A DNA stretch of 52,716 bases. It comes from Octopus bimaculoides. Its lineage: Eukaryota. Where the stretch lies: assembly GCF_001194135.2 (NCBI RefSeq), contig NC_069002.1, positions 26,926,771 through 26,979,486 on the forward strand, read 5' to 3'. Both the position numbers and the translations under genes were made by a program. Shown piece after piece: positions 12,109 to 24,565 of this stretch (position 1 is its first letter; every line of letters starts with the position of its first letter). Below the pieces are notes generated by a model, which saw only the letters and a list, made by a program, of their open reading frames with translations, was not told the origin of the DNA and ran no database searches.

Positions 12109-13149
12109 GAAATTTCATACCAGGAAGCAGTGTCAAGTGAGTTGGTACCACAAAGGAATAAACTATATTTCATTCCTTAAGAAAGAAAAAGAAATGAGGG
12201 TTTATTTATTGTTCATTAAAACTGAACAACTATAAAACAAAAACAAAAATTTCACTGACGAAATTCCACCGGAAGGGAAACAGCTGTTCTGGACAGTTCC
12301 TTTCTGTCTAATCTAGAGGTTAGCTCCAAACAGCCATTGTTTACAAGAACGAAATAAACATGATTGCTTCAAGAACCTTCTGACAGTTATAGGAAGCTAT
12401 TGCAGTTTAGCTTATGGTCCTTTGAGTATCACTTGATGTACATTGGCACAATCAACTGCATGTCCTCAGTGAAAGATGTTTTGGTAAGCTCTCTGTTCAA
12501 TTTTAGCCTGTTTATCTACGACGAAGCTGAAGTTTTACACCTGTTCCGTTCCACCCACCACGACCACCACCACTGAACTGGGTGGGGAATATCTTCAGAC
12601 GAGAAGAGAAGCTTACTAATCCTTGATGTATGTTAGACAACATCAACAAACAGAGCAACATTCTTAATAGCTGTGTTATTGTTTGTTCTACTCATTATCA
12701 ACTGTTAGTAAACATCGCAGTGGTACTGTTCTGCATGTGTCATGACACACACACACACACACATAAACAGACAGACACACAGACAGACAAACAGTTTTGT
12801 ATATTTCTAGTTCTATTATATAACTATTTTTTCCTATCTTCGTTTGTTAATCCATAAATAGGATTTATTATATTTGGTTTTTAACGAGAAATTTGAGCCA
12901 ATTTGCTACATTTAGCAGAAGTAGATTTTCCTCTTACCTTTTTTTTTGTTTTATATGAAATGAAAAATATCTGTGAAAGTATATTTTAGAGACGAAACAA
13001 GAGACAGCAATGTTATTTTGTTTACAAACAGGGTTAGCTGCATTAAGTAGAATGATTCACAATAGTTAGTGGAGATGTTTTTGGTAAAAGACCAAAATAC
13101 ACATTAGCAGTTAAGAAAGGGTTGGTTGATTACGTGTCATACAAAAATA

Positions 13150-13606
13150 ATAATAATAATAACAATGGTTTCAAATTTTAGCACAAGGCCAGCAATTTCG
13201 GGAGAGGGGCCAGTCAATTAAATTGACCCTAATGCTCAACTGGTACTTCTTTTACTGACACTGAGGGTATGAAAGGTAACGTTAACCTTGGCAGAATTTG
13301 AACTCAGAACATAGACGAAATGCTACTAAGCATTTTGCCCAGCACGCTAACGATTCTGCCATCTCACCGCCTTAACAATAATAACAATAACCCTTTCTAC
13401 TCCAGGTACAAGGCCTTGAAATTTGGGGATGGGGACTAGTTGATTATATTGACCCCAGTGTTTCATTGGTGCTTAATTTTTCCACCCCGAAAGGATGAAA
13501 GGCAAAGTCAACCTCGGCGGAAAGTGAACTCAGAATGTAGCCGCAGACGAAATACCACTAAGCATTTCGCCCGGCATGCTAACCATTCTGCCACCTCGCT
13601 GCCTTA
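13150..13606 (-). mobile_element. Two tandem family B SINEs separated by (AAT/AAC)n tails
   Basis: Two consecutive near-complete copies in the same orientation. Confidence 0.85.
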
Positions 13607-14076
13607 ACGATAATTACAAATTTGTTTTGTGGCTGGTTATACATGGTTTTGTTAGAAAAATATGTTGTATGTCTTTGAGGTGATTTTTTTTTCCTTTGAA
13701 ACGTAGCAACATTTCTTAAGATAGAGCATAAAGGAAATTAATTTTGTAATTCCAATGAAACGTAGACAACAAAAAAAATGGTTTGTTTTATAAATTTAAC
13801 AATCTAAAATGGTTAAAAATATCTTATGTCCTTGGTTAAAGAATAATGAATGAGCAATGAGCAAATCTATAGACTAATCAAAATTTGTAGCAGGCAATAA
13901 ATATTCTGGAAGATTTTGTATTCAGGGAGTTGAAACAGTTATTTTGAAGGGTTTAAAATAAATGCTGCCATCACCATCTTTTGATGTCCATTTTACAGGC
14001 TGGCATGGGTTGGATGGTTTGACAAGATCCAATGAGCTCCAAGCTTGCATGCCCTGCATAACACTAACCACTTTAA

Positions 14077-14296
14077 CCCTTTCGTTACCAACCCAGCTGG
14101 AACTGGTTCTGGCTCCGAGTACAAATGTCTTGTTTCTATAAGTTTTGAATTAAAATCTTCCACCAAACCTTAGTCACAATATATGTTCCTAACACTAGCT
14201 TAATGATAACTAAGTTATTTTACTAAATTCCTTGTTATATTTAAAGTAATTGAAAGAAACACAGAGCATCTCAACAGAAATATGGTGACAAAAGGG
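14077..14296 (+). mobile_element. piggyBac-like MITE copy 1
   Basis: TTAA|CCCTTTCGTTACC ... GGTGACAAAAGGG|TTAA; TIR and TTAA TSD (14073-14076, 14297-14300). Confidence 0.9.
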
Positions 14297-14327
14297 TTAA
14301 AATATATAATAGAGAAACAATTCTTAA

Positions 14328-14548
14328 CCCTTTCAATACTAACCCAGCTGAAACTGGTTCTGGTTCTGTAGTACAAATGTCTTGCTATCATAAGTTTTGA
14401 ATTAAAATCTTCCACCAAACCTTAGTCACAATTTATGTTCCTAACACTAGCTTAATGATAACTAAGTTATTTTACTAAATTCCTTGTTACATTTAAAGTA
14501 ATTGAAAGAAACACAGAGCATCTCAAAATAAATACAGTAACAAAAGGG
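14328..14548 (+). mobile_element. piggyBac-like MITE copy 2
   Basis: TTAA|CCCTTTCAATAC ... GTAACAAAAGGG|TTAA; internally near-identical to copy 1. Confidence 0.9.
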
Positions 14549-15183
14549 TTAAAGAGAGTAACTGGGTGCCTTTTTGTGTGTGTCTGCTACTGGTAATTAA
14601 TGAGGTTGTCAAATAACTAGTGAGACAAAGAAAAGTACCCCCTAAACTGAAACGGTTTGATATAGAGAGGGGTGGTGGTTTTATGCCAGGTGTTGATTAC
14701 TTAAAGTATAACAGAGGGGCAAGTACAGGTGTCTTGTTATAGAGGAGATACATGGCTACCCAACATTATATAAAGGTGGGTAGGAGTACCTGGGGGGGGG
14801 GAACGGTAAAAGGCTTGTATTAGAGAGAGAACAGAGACAAAGGATAAGTAAGCGTTATGTATCATGTTGTTCTTTTATTGATTCTAAGCAGAAAGTTGTG
14901 ACCTTGCTGTGGAACCACCAAAATAAGATGCTTTACAGCACGCAGGTTTCTCAAACAGTCACCTCTTTATATATTAACGGTGTTTGATGTTGCTTAACTT
15001 TGGTGATCAGATGACAATCAGTGCTGCCTGTGTAATATGATGTATGCTAAATAATGTATAGCATGCTACATAATATACCAATGGTGTAATATATAGTGTA
15101 ATATGAAAAAGGCAAATATAAATATGTGAAGCATGGAGAAAATGTAATGCAAAGTTTTCGAAAAAAGACAAAGAAGAACTTAC

Positions 15184-15382
15184 ATCATTGCTCCATCCCC
15201 AAGACTTTCTGCCAGAGCTCTACGTAAAGAATTATCAACATCAAAGACTCCCCAAGTCGCTTGTAAGACAGAGTCCAGAAGGCAGTCTCCAGCTGTGCGA
15301 TTCCATAAGGCATGCAAGCGGCTACTTAATCTTTCGGTGAGTTCCAAACTCCAGTTTATAATGGATTCTTCTACCTCCAATT
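15184..15382 (-). CDS. ZRANB1: ZRANB1 exon, 199 nt, with catalytic Cys (AGDCLLDS, codon 15284-15282)
   Basis: Acceptor ttcctttcag|AA; donor ATGAT|gtaagt. Encodes (E)LEVEESIINWSLELTERLSSRLHALWNRTAGDCLLDSVLQATWGVFDVDNSLRRALAESLGDGAM(M). Confidence 0.98.
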
Positions 15383-15438
15383 CTGAAAGGAAGAAAGAAA
15401 GAGAAATGTTGTAGAATTCTTCAATCTCCAATTTTGAT

Positions 15439-15477
<39 letters not shown>

Positions 15478-15521
15478 AGGAAGGAAAGAAAAAAAGAAAG
15501 AAAGAAGGAAAGAAGGAAGGA

Positions 15522-15569
<48 letters not shown>

Positions 15570-15570
15570 G
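15439..15570. repeat. (AAAG)n/(AAGG)n microsatellite; (TTTC)n on the gene strand
   Basis: Direct reading; ends ~55 nt upstream of the 15382 acceptor. Confidence 0.95.
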
Positions 15571-16171
15571 AAAATTTAAATCATTCATTATTATATATTC
15601 AGTATCATTCGATATACATTTTTCCATGCTTGCATGGGTCAGACTGAGTTTACTGAGGCAGATCTTCTATGGCTGGATGCCTTTCCTGTCACCAACCCTC
15701 ACTTGTTTCTGTGTAAGCTAATATTTCCCCATGGCCAAACATGTTTTCTACAGACAGATGGAAATGAACAGCTTCACTTGTATGATGATGATGATGATGA
15801 TAATCGTTAACAAACATCATGCGACGTCAAGACAACGATACACATAAACATACACACACACATAAGAATGTGTTGTGTGTGTGTATGTGTGTGTACCCTC
15901 ACCATCATTATTTAACATCCGTTTTCCATGCTGGCATGGGTTGGACAGTTTGACAGGAGCTGGCCAGCCAGAGAGCTGGACCAGGCTCCAATTGTTTGTT
16001 TTGGTATGGTTTCTAAAGCTGGATGCCCTTCCTAAATGCCAACCACTGTATAGAGTATACTGGATGCTTTTTTATGTGGCACTAACACAAGTGCTTTTTT
16101 TACATTCCACTGGCACAAGGGCTTTTTATGTGACACCAGCATATTACATATGTAGTGGGCTTCTTTAAGTT

Positions 16172-16407
16172 TCTTATTTCTTTATTGCCCACAAGGGGCT
16201 AAACATAAAGGGGACAAACAAGGACAGACAAAGGGATTAAGTTGATTACATCGACCCCAGTGCGTAACTGGTACTTAATTTATCAACCCTGAAAGGATGA
16301 AAGGCAAAGTTGACCTTGGCGGAACTTGAACTCAGAACGTAACGGCAGACGAAATACCACTAAGCATTTTGCCCGGCGTGCTACCGATTCTGCCAGCTCG
16401 CCACCTT
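16172..16407 (-). mobile_element. Well-preserved full-length family B SINE nested in a family A 5' half (16157-16560)
   Basis: Minus strand: aaggtggcgagctggcagaatcggtagc (A box) ... gttctgagttcaagttcc (B box) ... gtcaactttgcctttcatcctttcagggttgataaattaagtaccag. The host resumes at 16408 (tttcagtttctgcctaccaaatcc). Confidence 0.88.
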
Positions 16408-17117
16408 CTTTCAGTTTCTGCCTACCAAATCCATTCACAAGGCTTTGGTCAGCCCAAGGCTAGAGCAGAAGGCACTTGCCCAAGATGACCTGCAGTGGGA
16501 CTGAACCTGAGACCACATAGTTGGGAAGCAAGCTTCTTCACCACATATCCATGCCTGCACTTATATTATATTATAATATATCATATTGTATATCTTGAAA
16601 TAATATCTCAGAAAGTTAGAAAAAGAAAATACAAAACATACAAAGTTTTTAACTGAATTATAAAGAATTAACCATCCATTACACTAATGACTGTTCAATA
16701 CGAAGAATTGATGAGATATCTGATAAGGATTATGAAAATAGAATATTTCAAGAATGGCCACATATTGTTTACACAATAAAACCACAGAAATATGGTCAAT
16801 CAATTTTTATCGTTCATCAATAGATTTTTCTAAGCAGAGAGATGGATGAGTTAGTAGTGTGCTAAAACTAATTACTTTACCGAACTTTGTTCCATTATTC
16901 CCAGATCAAATCCTATGAGTTTCAGTGTCCCTACTGTTAAACATATCAGACCAATCAGGTTTACTAACTCCATCTTATGTCCAGCTTAGAGTAAATCAGT
17001 ATATTGTTACTAATAACTTAGGTCTTCTGTTAAGCCTACAGGTTCACTAGGTCAAAGGTTATAGCAGTTTCCATGAAGTATAAGCAACCAAGAGAGTAAC
17101 GATCTGCCATGATTACA

Positions 17118-17489
17118 GGTTAAGTTCACCATCATCAATTCACTGTGAAGTAAATTCACCACAAGGAAAGTTTACCGAGAAAATACTGTATTTTAATGTG
17201 TATAAGGAACACTCGTATATAAGGAAACCCCTAATTTTTGGGGGTTTAAAATTTAGAAAAAAGATTTTGTAAGGGATTATAATACAATCCATGTATAAGA
17301 AACTACCATATTTTTTTAAACCTAATTTTTGACAAAAAAGGGTTCCTTATACACGTTAAAATATGGTATATCCATAGAATCTAACCATTAATAGTTAAAA
17401 ACTATTTTATTGAAAAAAACCAAAAAAAAAACCAGTGAATTAATGACGATGAACTTTCCCTGAAGTGAATTGATGACTGTGAACTTACC
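17118..17489. mobile_element. Unclassified MITE with ~26-bp imperfect TIRs; host of a nested MITE
   Basis: GGTTAAGTTCACCATCATCAATTCACT at the left; AGTGAATTGATGACTGTGAACTTACC at the right; subterminal partial repeats. Confidence 0.65.
17186..17366. mobile_element. Tc1/mariner-superfamily MITE (Tc2-like ends), TA TSD
   Basis: TA|CTGTATTTTAATGTGTATAAGGAAC ... GTTCCTTATACACGTTAAAATATGG|TA. Confidence 0.8.
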
Positions 17490-17529
17490 AGACATGCACA
17501 CACAAACACACACACACACATGAATGAGA

Positions 17530-17709
17530 CCCCAATTTGTTGCAAGGTTAACCCTCAGCTGCTGGTGATGCCCCTTTTCAGCTGAATTGGAGCAGTGTGA
17601 AACGATGTGGTTTCTTCAATAATGCAACACACCACGTGGTCTGGGGACTGAAACTCTGACATTGCAATTCAGAGTCCTACACCCTAACAACTGAACCATG
17701 CGCCTTCAG
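17530..17709 (-). mobile_element. SINE family D (tRNA-CORE-like), degenerate
   Basis: Head tgaaggcgcatggttcagttgttagggtgtagg on the minus strand, homologous to copies at 35895, 37361 and 40608. Confidence 0.6.
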
Positions 17710-18312
17710 ATACGTTTCCAGTAGAAAAGTAATGAATTTAGCGGGTGGACTGACAAACTTTGAAAAATGTTCAACCATTCTGTTACCAAATTTATATTGA
17801 AATACACAGCTTTTGTTTCAATTAATTTTGAAAGCAATCAAAAATTGAGTAAAATAACTTTGTCATTGTTGAAGTGGAATTCCAAGGTGAAGGGTTGGCA
17901 GAAGCCTTAGCATGCTGGATAAGATACTTTGCAATATTTCGTTTGTTTTTACATTCTGAGTTCAATTGCCACTGTGATTGACATTGTCTTTCATCCATTT
18001 AGGGTCGATAAAACAAGTACCAGTCTGATACTGAGGTCGATGCAATCGACACCCAACATCCCGTCAAAACACTGCTGGCCTTGTGCCAAAATTTAAAACC
18101 AATCTTAAAACTGGTGTTTGAAATATAAACTAACATGAAATTTTCCAGAACGGTTTTAATGTATAACACTTTTAAGTAAAAAGTTTGTATCATAGCACCA
18201 AAGTTGGTCTCAGACTGGCTGGAATGGAAAATGTTAGAATACCATTTTCTAATATGGCAATATAAAGTTCTACAAGAAGAAACAAAGTTCGTAGTACTAA
18301 TGAAGGGTTTAA

Positions 18313-18539
18313 CCCTTTTGATACCAACCTGGCTGAAACCAGCTCTGGCTCTGTAGTACAAATGTCTTGTTTTCAAAAGTTCTAAATTAAAATCTTCCAT
18401 CAAACCTTAGTCACAATTTATGTTTCTAACACATGTTTAATGATAGCTAAGTTATTTTACTAAATTCTTTGTTATATTTAAAATTAATTGAAAGAAACAC
18501 AGAGCACCTCAACAGAAATATGATTAAAAAAAAAAAGGG
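18313..18539 (+). mobile_element. piggyBac-like MITE (220-bp family)
   Basis: TTAA|CCCTTTTGATACC ... AAAAGGG|CTAA. Confidence 0.85.
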
Positions 18540-19474
18540 CTAAGGGAAAGTAACACAATACAAAAAGATGCCAAGAAACAGTTTATTATTGCATGCTAGA
18601 GAATAGATATAGCATTAAGTTGAAGATTTTCAATACAACAGTGTTTATCACAAGCAGATATTCCAGGAACCAGTGAAGAAACAGGAATGTCTGTGAATGA
18701 TGCAGGAAGCAGGTAGGTAGTGAACAGTATTCGAAGCCATATATGAGATCAGTGTTCTGCCCACAGACTTTGATATGGAATAACCAGCCGATCAGTGATA
18801 AAATGTTTTACTCCAATGCAAAACTTGTGATTTTGGCAATGTTGAAATAGTGGATTTTCATGAAAAAAAGAGTTGAAGATAGTGCAATCTTTGAATGAGA
18901 TTGCATGGCTTATCATTCGGTACTTATTCTGTGAAATATGTAATGTACATAAAAAATTTTAGACATAACCAAACAGCTTGATCCTCATCAGGAAATAGAG
19001 AAGTGGTCCTCAATAACAGAAGTGGCAGCTGTTGACTAGACTCTATTTATATTGGTTTCAAATTCTGGCACAAGGCCAGCAATTTCGGGGGGAGGGGCTA
19101 AACTGATTACATCAACCCCAGTGCTCAAGTAGTACTTATTTTAGTGACTCCAAAAGGATGAAAGGCAAAGTCAACCTGGGTGGAATTTGAACTCAGGACA
19201 TAGAGATAGATGAAATACCGTGAAGTGTACTGCCTGGCATGCTAATGATTCTGCCAAGATGCTATTTATATTAGTAGAGGAAGGAAGACCATTGAATCTA
19301 AAATATGCAGAGGAATGAGAAGTTGTTACATAAAAAGGGTACCTTGATTTTGAAAGAAGGTTACTCAAAGTTAAAGAGAAGAAAATTACAAACCCTTAAC
19401 GATGTTATCAACAATAAGGTAAAAGTTAAGAACCTTTGACCCCAGATATCTTTTATTTCCTTTTTTTTTTTTTT

Positions 19475-19853
19475 TTTACTCATTTCAGTCATTGGACTGT
19501 GGCCATGCTGGAGTCACCACCTTGAAGGATTTTAGTTGACCAAATCAACTACAGTACAGTAGGTCTGGTGCTTATTCCATCAGTCTCTTTTGCCAAACCA
19601 CTAAGTTACAGGGATGTAAACAACCAACACCAGTTGTCAAGCAGTGGTGCAGGACAAACACAAGTACAAATGCACACACACACACACATGTATATATACG
19701 ATGGGCTTCTTTCAGTTTCTGTCTACCAAATCCATTCACAAGGCTTAGACTGGCCTGAGTCTACAGTAGAAGATACGTGCCACACAGTGGGATTTAACCC
19801 AAGATCACACACTTGAGAAGCAAACCTCTTAAGCACACAGCTATGCCTGCACC
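19475..19853 (-). mobile_element. SINE family A, full length with short internal microsatellite
   Basis: Both halves plus the tRNA-like head in one orientation. Confidence 0.85.
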
Positions 19854-19870
19854 TTTATGTTGATCTAACA

Positions 19871-20352
19871 CAGGGGTTCTCAACCATTTTTTTATCTATG
19901 GACCCCTTTGATTACTATTTTATTCTGGTGGACCCCTGTAGCCATTTCATGTTTAAAAACTAGTTTTATAGAAACTTCTTTGAAATTCCTGTTTTGTTTT
20001 CCATACATTGACTTGTGTAGGTTGAACTATGTAAAATGTTTGAGAAAGAAACCCAGCTGTTTCTTGCAATACACACCAAAACATACATCATCATCATCAT
20101 CATCAGTATTGACATTTAACGTCTGCTTCCATGCTGGCATGGGTTGGATGGTTTGAGTGAGGACTGGTAAGCCAGGACGCTGCACCTGGCTCCAATCTGC
20201 TCAGGCAAGGTTTCTACAGCTGGATGCCCTTCCTAACACCAACCACTCCAGGACCCTAAAAATATGATTGTGGATCCCCAATTTACAATTTTGTTGCGTG
20301 GACCCCCCCCCGGACCCTCAGAGGCCACATGGACCCCGGCTGAGAATCACTG
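19871..20352 (+). mobile_element. hAT (Charlie-like) MITE with nested RTE 3' fragment (~20088-20250)
   Basis: TIRs CAGGGGTTCTCAACC / GGCTGAGAATCACTG; perfect 8-bp TSD ATCTAACA at 19863-19870 and 20353-20360. Confidence 0.9.
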
Positions 20353-22391
20353 ATCTAACATAACTCAGGGTAACTTGTATGTCCACCTACACCAATGACA
20401 AATGCAACAACTATGTTCTTTTAGTCTTCAGTGGGGTCTCCTTGGGTCAGAAACCATGCATGCATTACATACTGGTTTCAAATTTTGGCACAAGGCCAGC
20501 AATTTTGGGGGAGTGGGTAAGTCAATTACATCTCCACTCCACCACCCTTACCTCTGCCTCGCCCATGCTCAACTGGTACTCCTTTTATTGACCCCAAAAG
20601 GAGGAAAGGCTAAGTCGACCTCAGCGGAATTTGAACCCAGAACGCAAAGACGGATGAAATGCTACCAAGTGTTTTACCCAGCATGCTAATGATTCTGCCA
20701 GCTTGCTACCTTGCATATTAATTAGTGTCACAGCTATGATTATCATTTGTACAGAAAGAGGGTGGGGGCATGGAGAGAAGAAGGCGGCAAGAGAGAGAGA
20801 GAGAGGCTCAAGGCATTGTGGGAGGAGATTATCTTTAATGATGACCTCACCAATGTTGGTGCCACATAAAAAGCATGCACCTACCCTCTGCAAAGGGACT
20901 GGCGTTAGGAAGGGCATCCAGCCATGGAAACAGTGTGAGAGCAGAGACTACAGCTTGGAGCAATCCTCTGGCTCACCAGTTCCTTTCAAACCATTCAACC
21001 CATGCCAGCATGGAAAAACAGACATTAAACTATGATCATCATGATGATTTCCATTAAAGGTGTCCGACAGTCGTTTCATTACATGGAGGGGGGGGGTCTC
21101 CTTAAAACAGCAACGAGGCATACATTTTTAGGTTGCTGTGATTTCATGTATTTGCTTGTTGGGCAAGGAAGATTGAGATTCTTGATTAAGACGAGAGCTA
21201 ATGGCCAAGGGCATGTTTTTAGGGCAATATCTGGGTTGTAATCACGGATTTCAGTAAGATGGCTGGAATGAGGCCATCTCTATGATATTAGACAGAGCAG
21301 GGCGGGGAAGGGGTGGGGGTGTTTACGGGTAGAGGGAGGGGTAGCCAACAAACTGAGCAAAAAAAGGGCTTGAGAGAGATGGAGGAAATGAGACTGTCTT
21401 TATGGTGTCCATGGAGGCAGGGAGACCAAGAATACCTCAATGTTACAAGGTAGGGGACAAGAGAGTTAGCAAACCAAGTGAAGCGGCTTCGGCTTTGTTG
21501 GGATAGCTTCAGCAATGGTGAGTCATGTTTCTTGAGTTACAGGATGAAGATGGAATAGATGGGAGAGAGAGACGTCAGCGTAGTGATAGCAGCACATAGC
21601 ACTAGTAACAACCTACTAAACATGTGCGCAACTTTTAGCAGTGGAAAGGTCAACGGTGACCTTAATGATGATATAGTCATAGCAACAGATAAAGAAAAAC
21701 AAGAAGAACAACAACATTTTTGTTTAGCTGAAACCTAGAAGAAACTTCTCTTCAGCTTCCTTGAAATAATCTAACGTAAGTATGCCGTGTGTTGAGGTCG
21801 GCAAAGCAAGAATGACATATTTACACAACTAAATAAAATGCTTTGTCAACCCTCATAGTGAGTACATGTCTTTCAATAATACAAAATATATAAATATATA
21901 TACATATAACCATATATATTGATTAGACAATTCTTTTTCTCTCTTCCTTCTTTTCCTTCTCAATCCTTTCTGTGGAAGAGTGTATGCTGAAAACATCAAA
22001 GACTTTTCCATTCTTCAATGATGGTACCTGCTCATGGTACCATACAGTGAAATAGAACCGAAAACTATTAGGCTTGGAAGCAAACTTTTTAACCACAAAC
22101 ACACGCCTGCACCTAAGAAGAAATTCGTACACAGCGTCTCGATATTTGGTACCATACAAACACAGGCTTTGTTTCTCCCACCAAAACTGAAATTACTAAA
22201 AATATAATAGTCCTATAGTTACTGTCAGCGTATCGTTAACATCATGTTAATTAAATCGGACATCTGTATGCGTTGAGGGAAGCAAAAATCTTAATTAACT
22301 CCGACTATCAGATAAACTGTCTAAGTCCAATTCCTTGATCGTCACTAATACATTACAATATTTAAGATATTATAACTCTGTGGTTTTGTGT

Positions 22392-22392
<1 letters not shown>

Positions 22393-22463
<71 letters not shown>

Positions 22464-22519
22464 CCCTTAGAGTTGGGAAGACACTCAGCAAGAAATGGAA
22501 ACAAAATTGAAGATTGATG

Positions 22520-22569
<50 letters not shown>

Positions 22570-22590
22570 CATAATAATAATAATAATAGC
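22393..22590. repeat. Two (AAT)n microsatellites
   Basis: Direct reading. Confidence 0.95.
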
Positions 22591-22944
22591 AAAAGAGCAC
22601 AAACCTCCACCAAGGCAACATCAATGTCCTCTCAATGATTAGCCAGAGATGATTTTTTAAATGAGAATATCTGAAATAAACTTGACTGCTCTCACAAACA
22701 AGAATACTAAAAATGAACCCAACCACTCTCAAAAATTAAGTAAAAGAACAGGAAAAATAATCCAGAATCCTTGTCAAGTACTGGATTGATCCCGAAATCT
22801 AATCAGTTTGTGCCAGTCATGAGGCCAAACATCCCTGAAAGTTTCATCCGAATCCATCCAGATGTTCTTAAGATATCTTGGCCATGGACAAACAAACAAA
22901 CAAACACTACTGAAAACAGTAACTCAGCCTTTGCTAAGGCAGAG

Positions 22945-23388
22945 GTAATAATAATATTGGTTTTAAATATTGGCACAAGGCCAGCAATTTCAGGGGAGGT
23001 GGTAAGTCAATTAAATTAACCCGTGCTCAGCTGGTACTTATCTTATTGACCCCGAGAGAACAAAGGCAAAGTTGACCCTGGTGGAATTTGAACTCGGAAT
23101 GTAAAGATGGATGAAATGCTGCTAAGCGTTTCACCCAAGGTGCTAACGATTCTGCCAGCTCTCAGCCTTAATAATAATAATAATCCTTTCTACTGGAAGC
23201 ACAAGGCCTCAAATTCTGGGGAAAGGATTGAGTTGATTACATTGACCCCAGTGCGTGACTGATACTAATTTTATCAACTTTGAAAGGATGAAGGGTGAAC
23301 CAATCTCGGTGGAATTTGAACTCAGAACGTAAAGACAGACGAAATACCACTAAGCATTTCAGCCAGTGTGTTAACAATTCCACCTGCC

Positions 23389-23425
<37 letters not shown>

Positions 23426-23775
23426 TCTCTTTCAATTGTTTCTACTAAAAGCACAAGGCTTGAAATTTGGGAGTGGGGAGGGGACTAGCCATTTACACTG
23501 ACCCCAGTGCGAAACTGGTGGTTATTTTATCAACCTCAGCAGAATTTGAACTCAGAACATAAAGATGGACAATAATTTCTACAATGGGCACAAGGCCTGA
23601 AATTTATTTTTGGGCGGGGGGCGAGTCAGTTGCATCGATCCCAGCACTCAACTGGTACTTATTCTATTGACCCAAAAAAGGATGAAAGGCAAAGTCGACC
23701 ACGGCAGAATTTGAACCCAGAATGTAAAACCAGGAAAAAATGCCAGTGCTAACAATTCTGCCAGCTCACCAACTT
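22945..23775 (-). mobile_element. Head-to-tail array of four family B SINEs
   Basis: Copies start near 22955, 23185, 23440 and 23580, separated by (AAT)n or short A/T tails. Confidence 0.85.
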
Positions 23776-24241
23776 CATAATAACAACAACAACAAAATTC
23801 ATCAAAATAGCATCATGACTGCCATTCCTAGATCTCTCTCTGTTTTTACATTCCAGCTTAGGCTATTTATAGTCATGCTATTGAAAGAAATCCAAGATAG
23901 CCTGATAACACATGAACATTCAGAGGCGACATAATAAACATCAATATCTTCTCATGCCAAAATAATTCAATACTTATTCAAGTAGAATATGGATCACATG
24001 GCTCCACTGAAATATCTCTTAGTTTCTTAGCCATGTTTAGTTCATGGATACGACGACAAAACTAGACATGCTGTTTATTCAGTGGTTACTGGTTATTGTG
24101 GTTTTCTTGAATGTTGTGGGGCACTCCTACACTATCTTAGTAATGTAAGGGCCAACCTTGATGGGATTTTGCCAAACAGGTGAAATTAAATAAAGGGGAT
24201 TCAGTAAAACAGCCTTTGTGTTCATTAGACTTTTTTTTCAT

Positions 24242-24402
24242 AGGCGCAGGAGTTGCTGGGTGACAAGTAGCTTGCTTACCAACCACATGGTTCCGGGTTC
24301 ATTCCCACTGCGTGGCACCTTGGGCAAGTGTTTTCTACTATAGCCTCAGGCCAACCAAAGCCTTGTGAGTGGATTTGGTAGACGGAAACTGAAAGAAGCC
24401 CA

Positions 24403-24442
<40 letters not shown>

Positions 24443-24565
24443 TTGTGTGTCTGTGTTTGTCACCCCAACATCGCTTGACAACTGATGCTGGTGTGTTTAC
24501 GTCCCTGTAACTTAGCGGTTCAGCAAAACAGACCGATAGAATAAGTACTAGGCTTACAAAGAATA
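24242..24565 (+). mobile_element. SINE family A, young-looking copy running into a gap
   Basis: ggcgcaggagttgctgggtgacaag (A box) ... ccgggttcattccc (B box) ... accttgggcaagtg (CORE-like) ... (AT)n ... 3' half. Confidence 0.9.

Noticed and set aside
21050-21660. Possible Penelope-like or LINE coding remnant
   Set aside because: Many stops and no diagnostic motif I can name; needs a tBLASTx or HMM search.
24242-24320. tRNA genes
   Set aside because: The A/B-box sequences are SINE heads that continue into repeat bodies; I could not build a complete cloverleaf.
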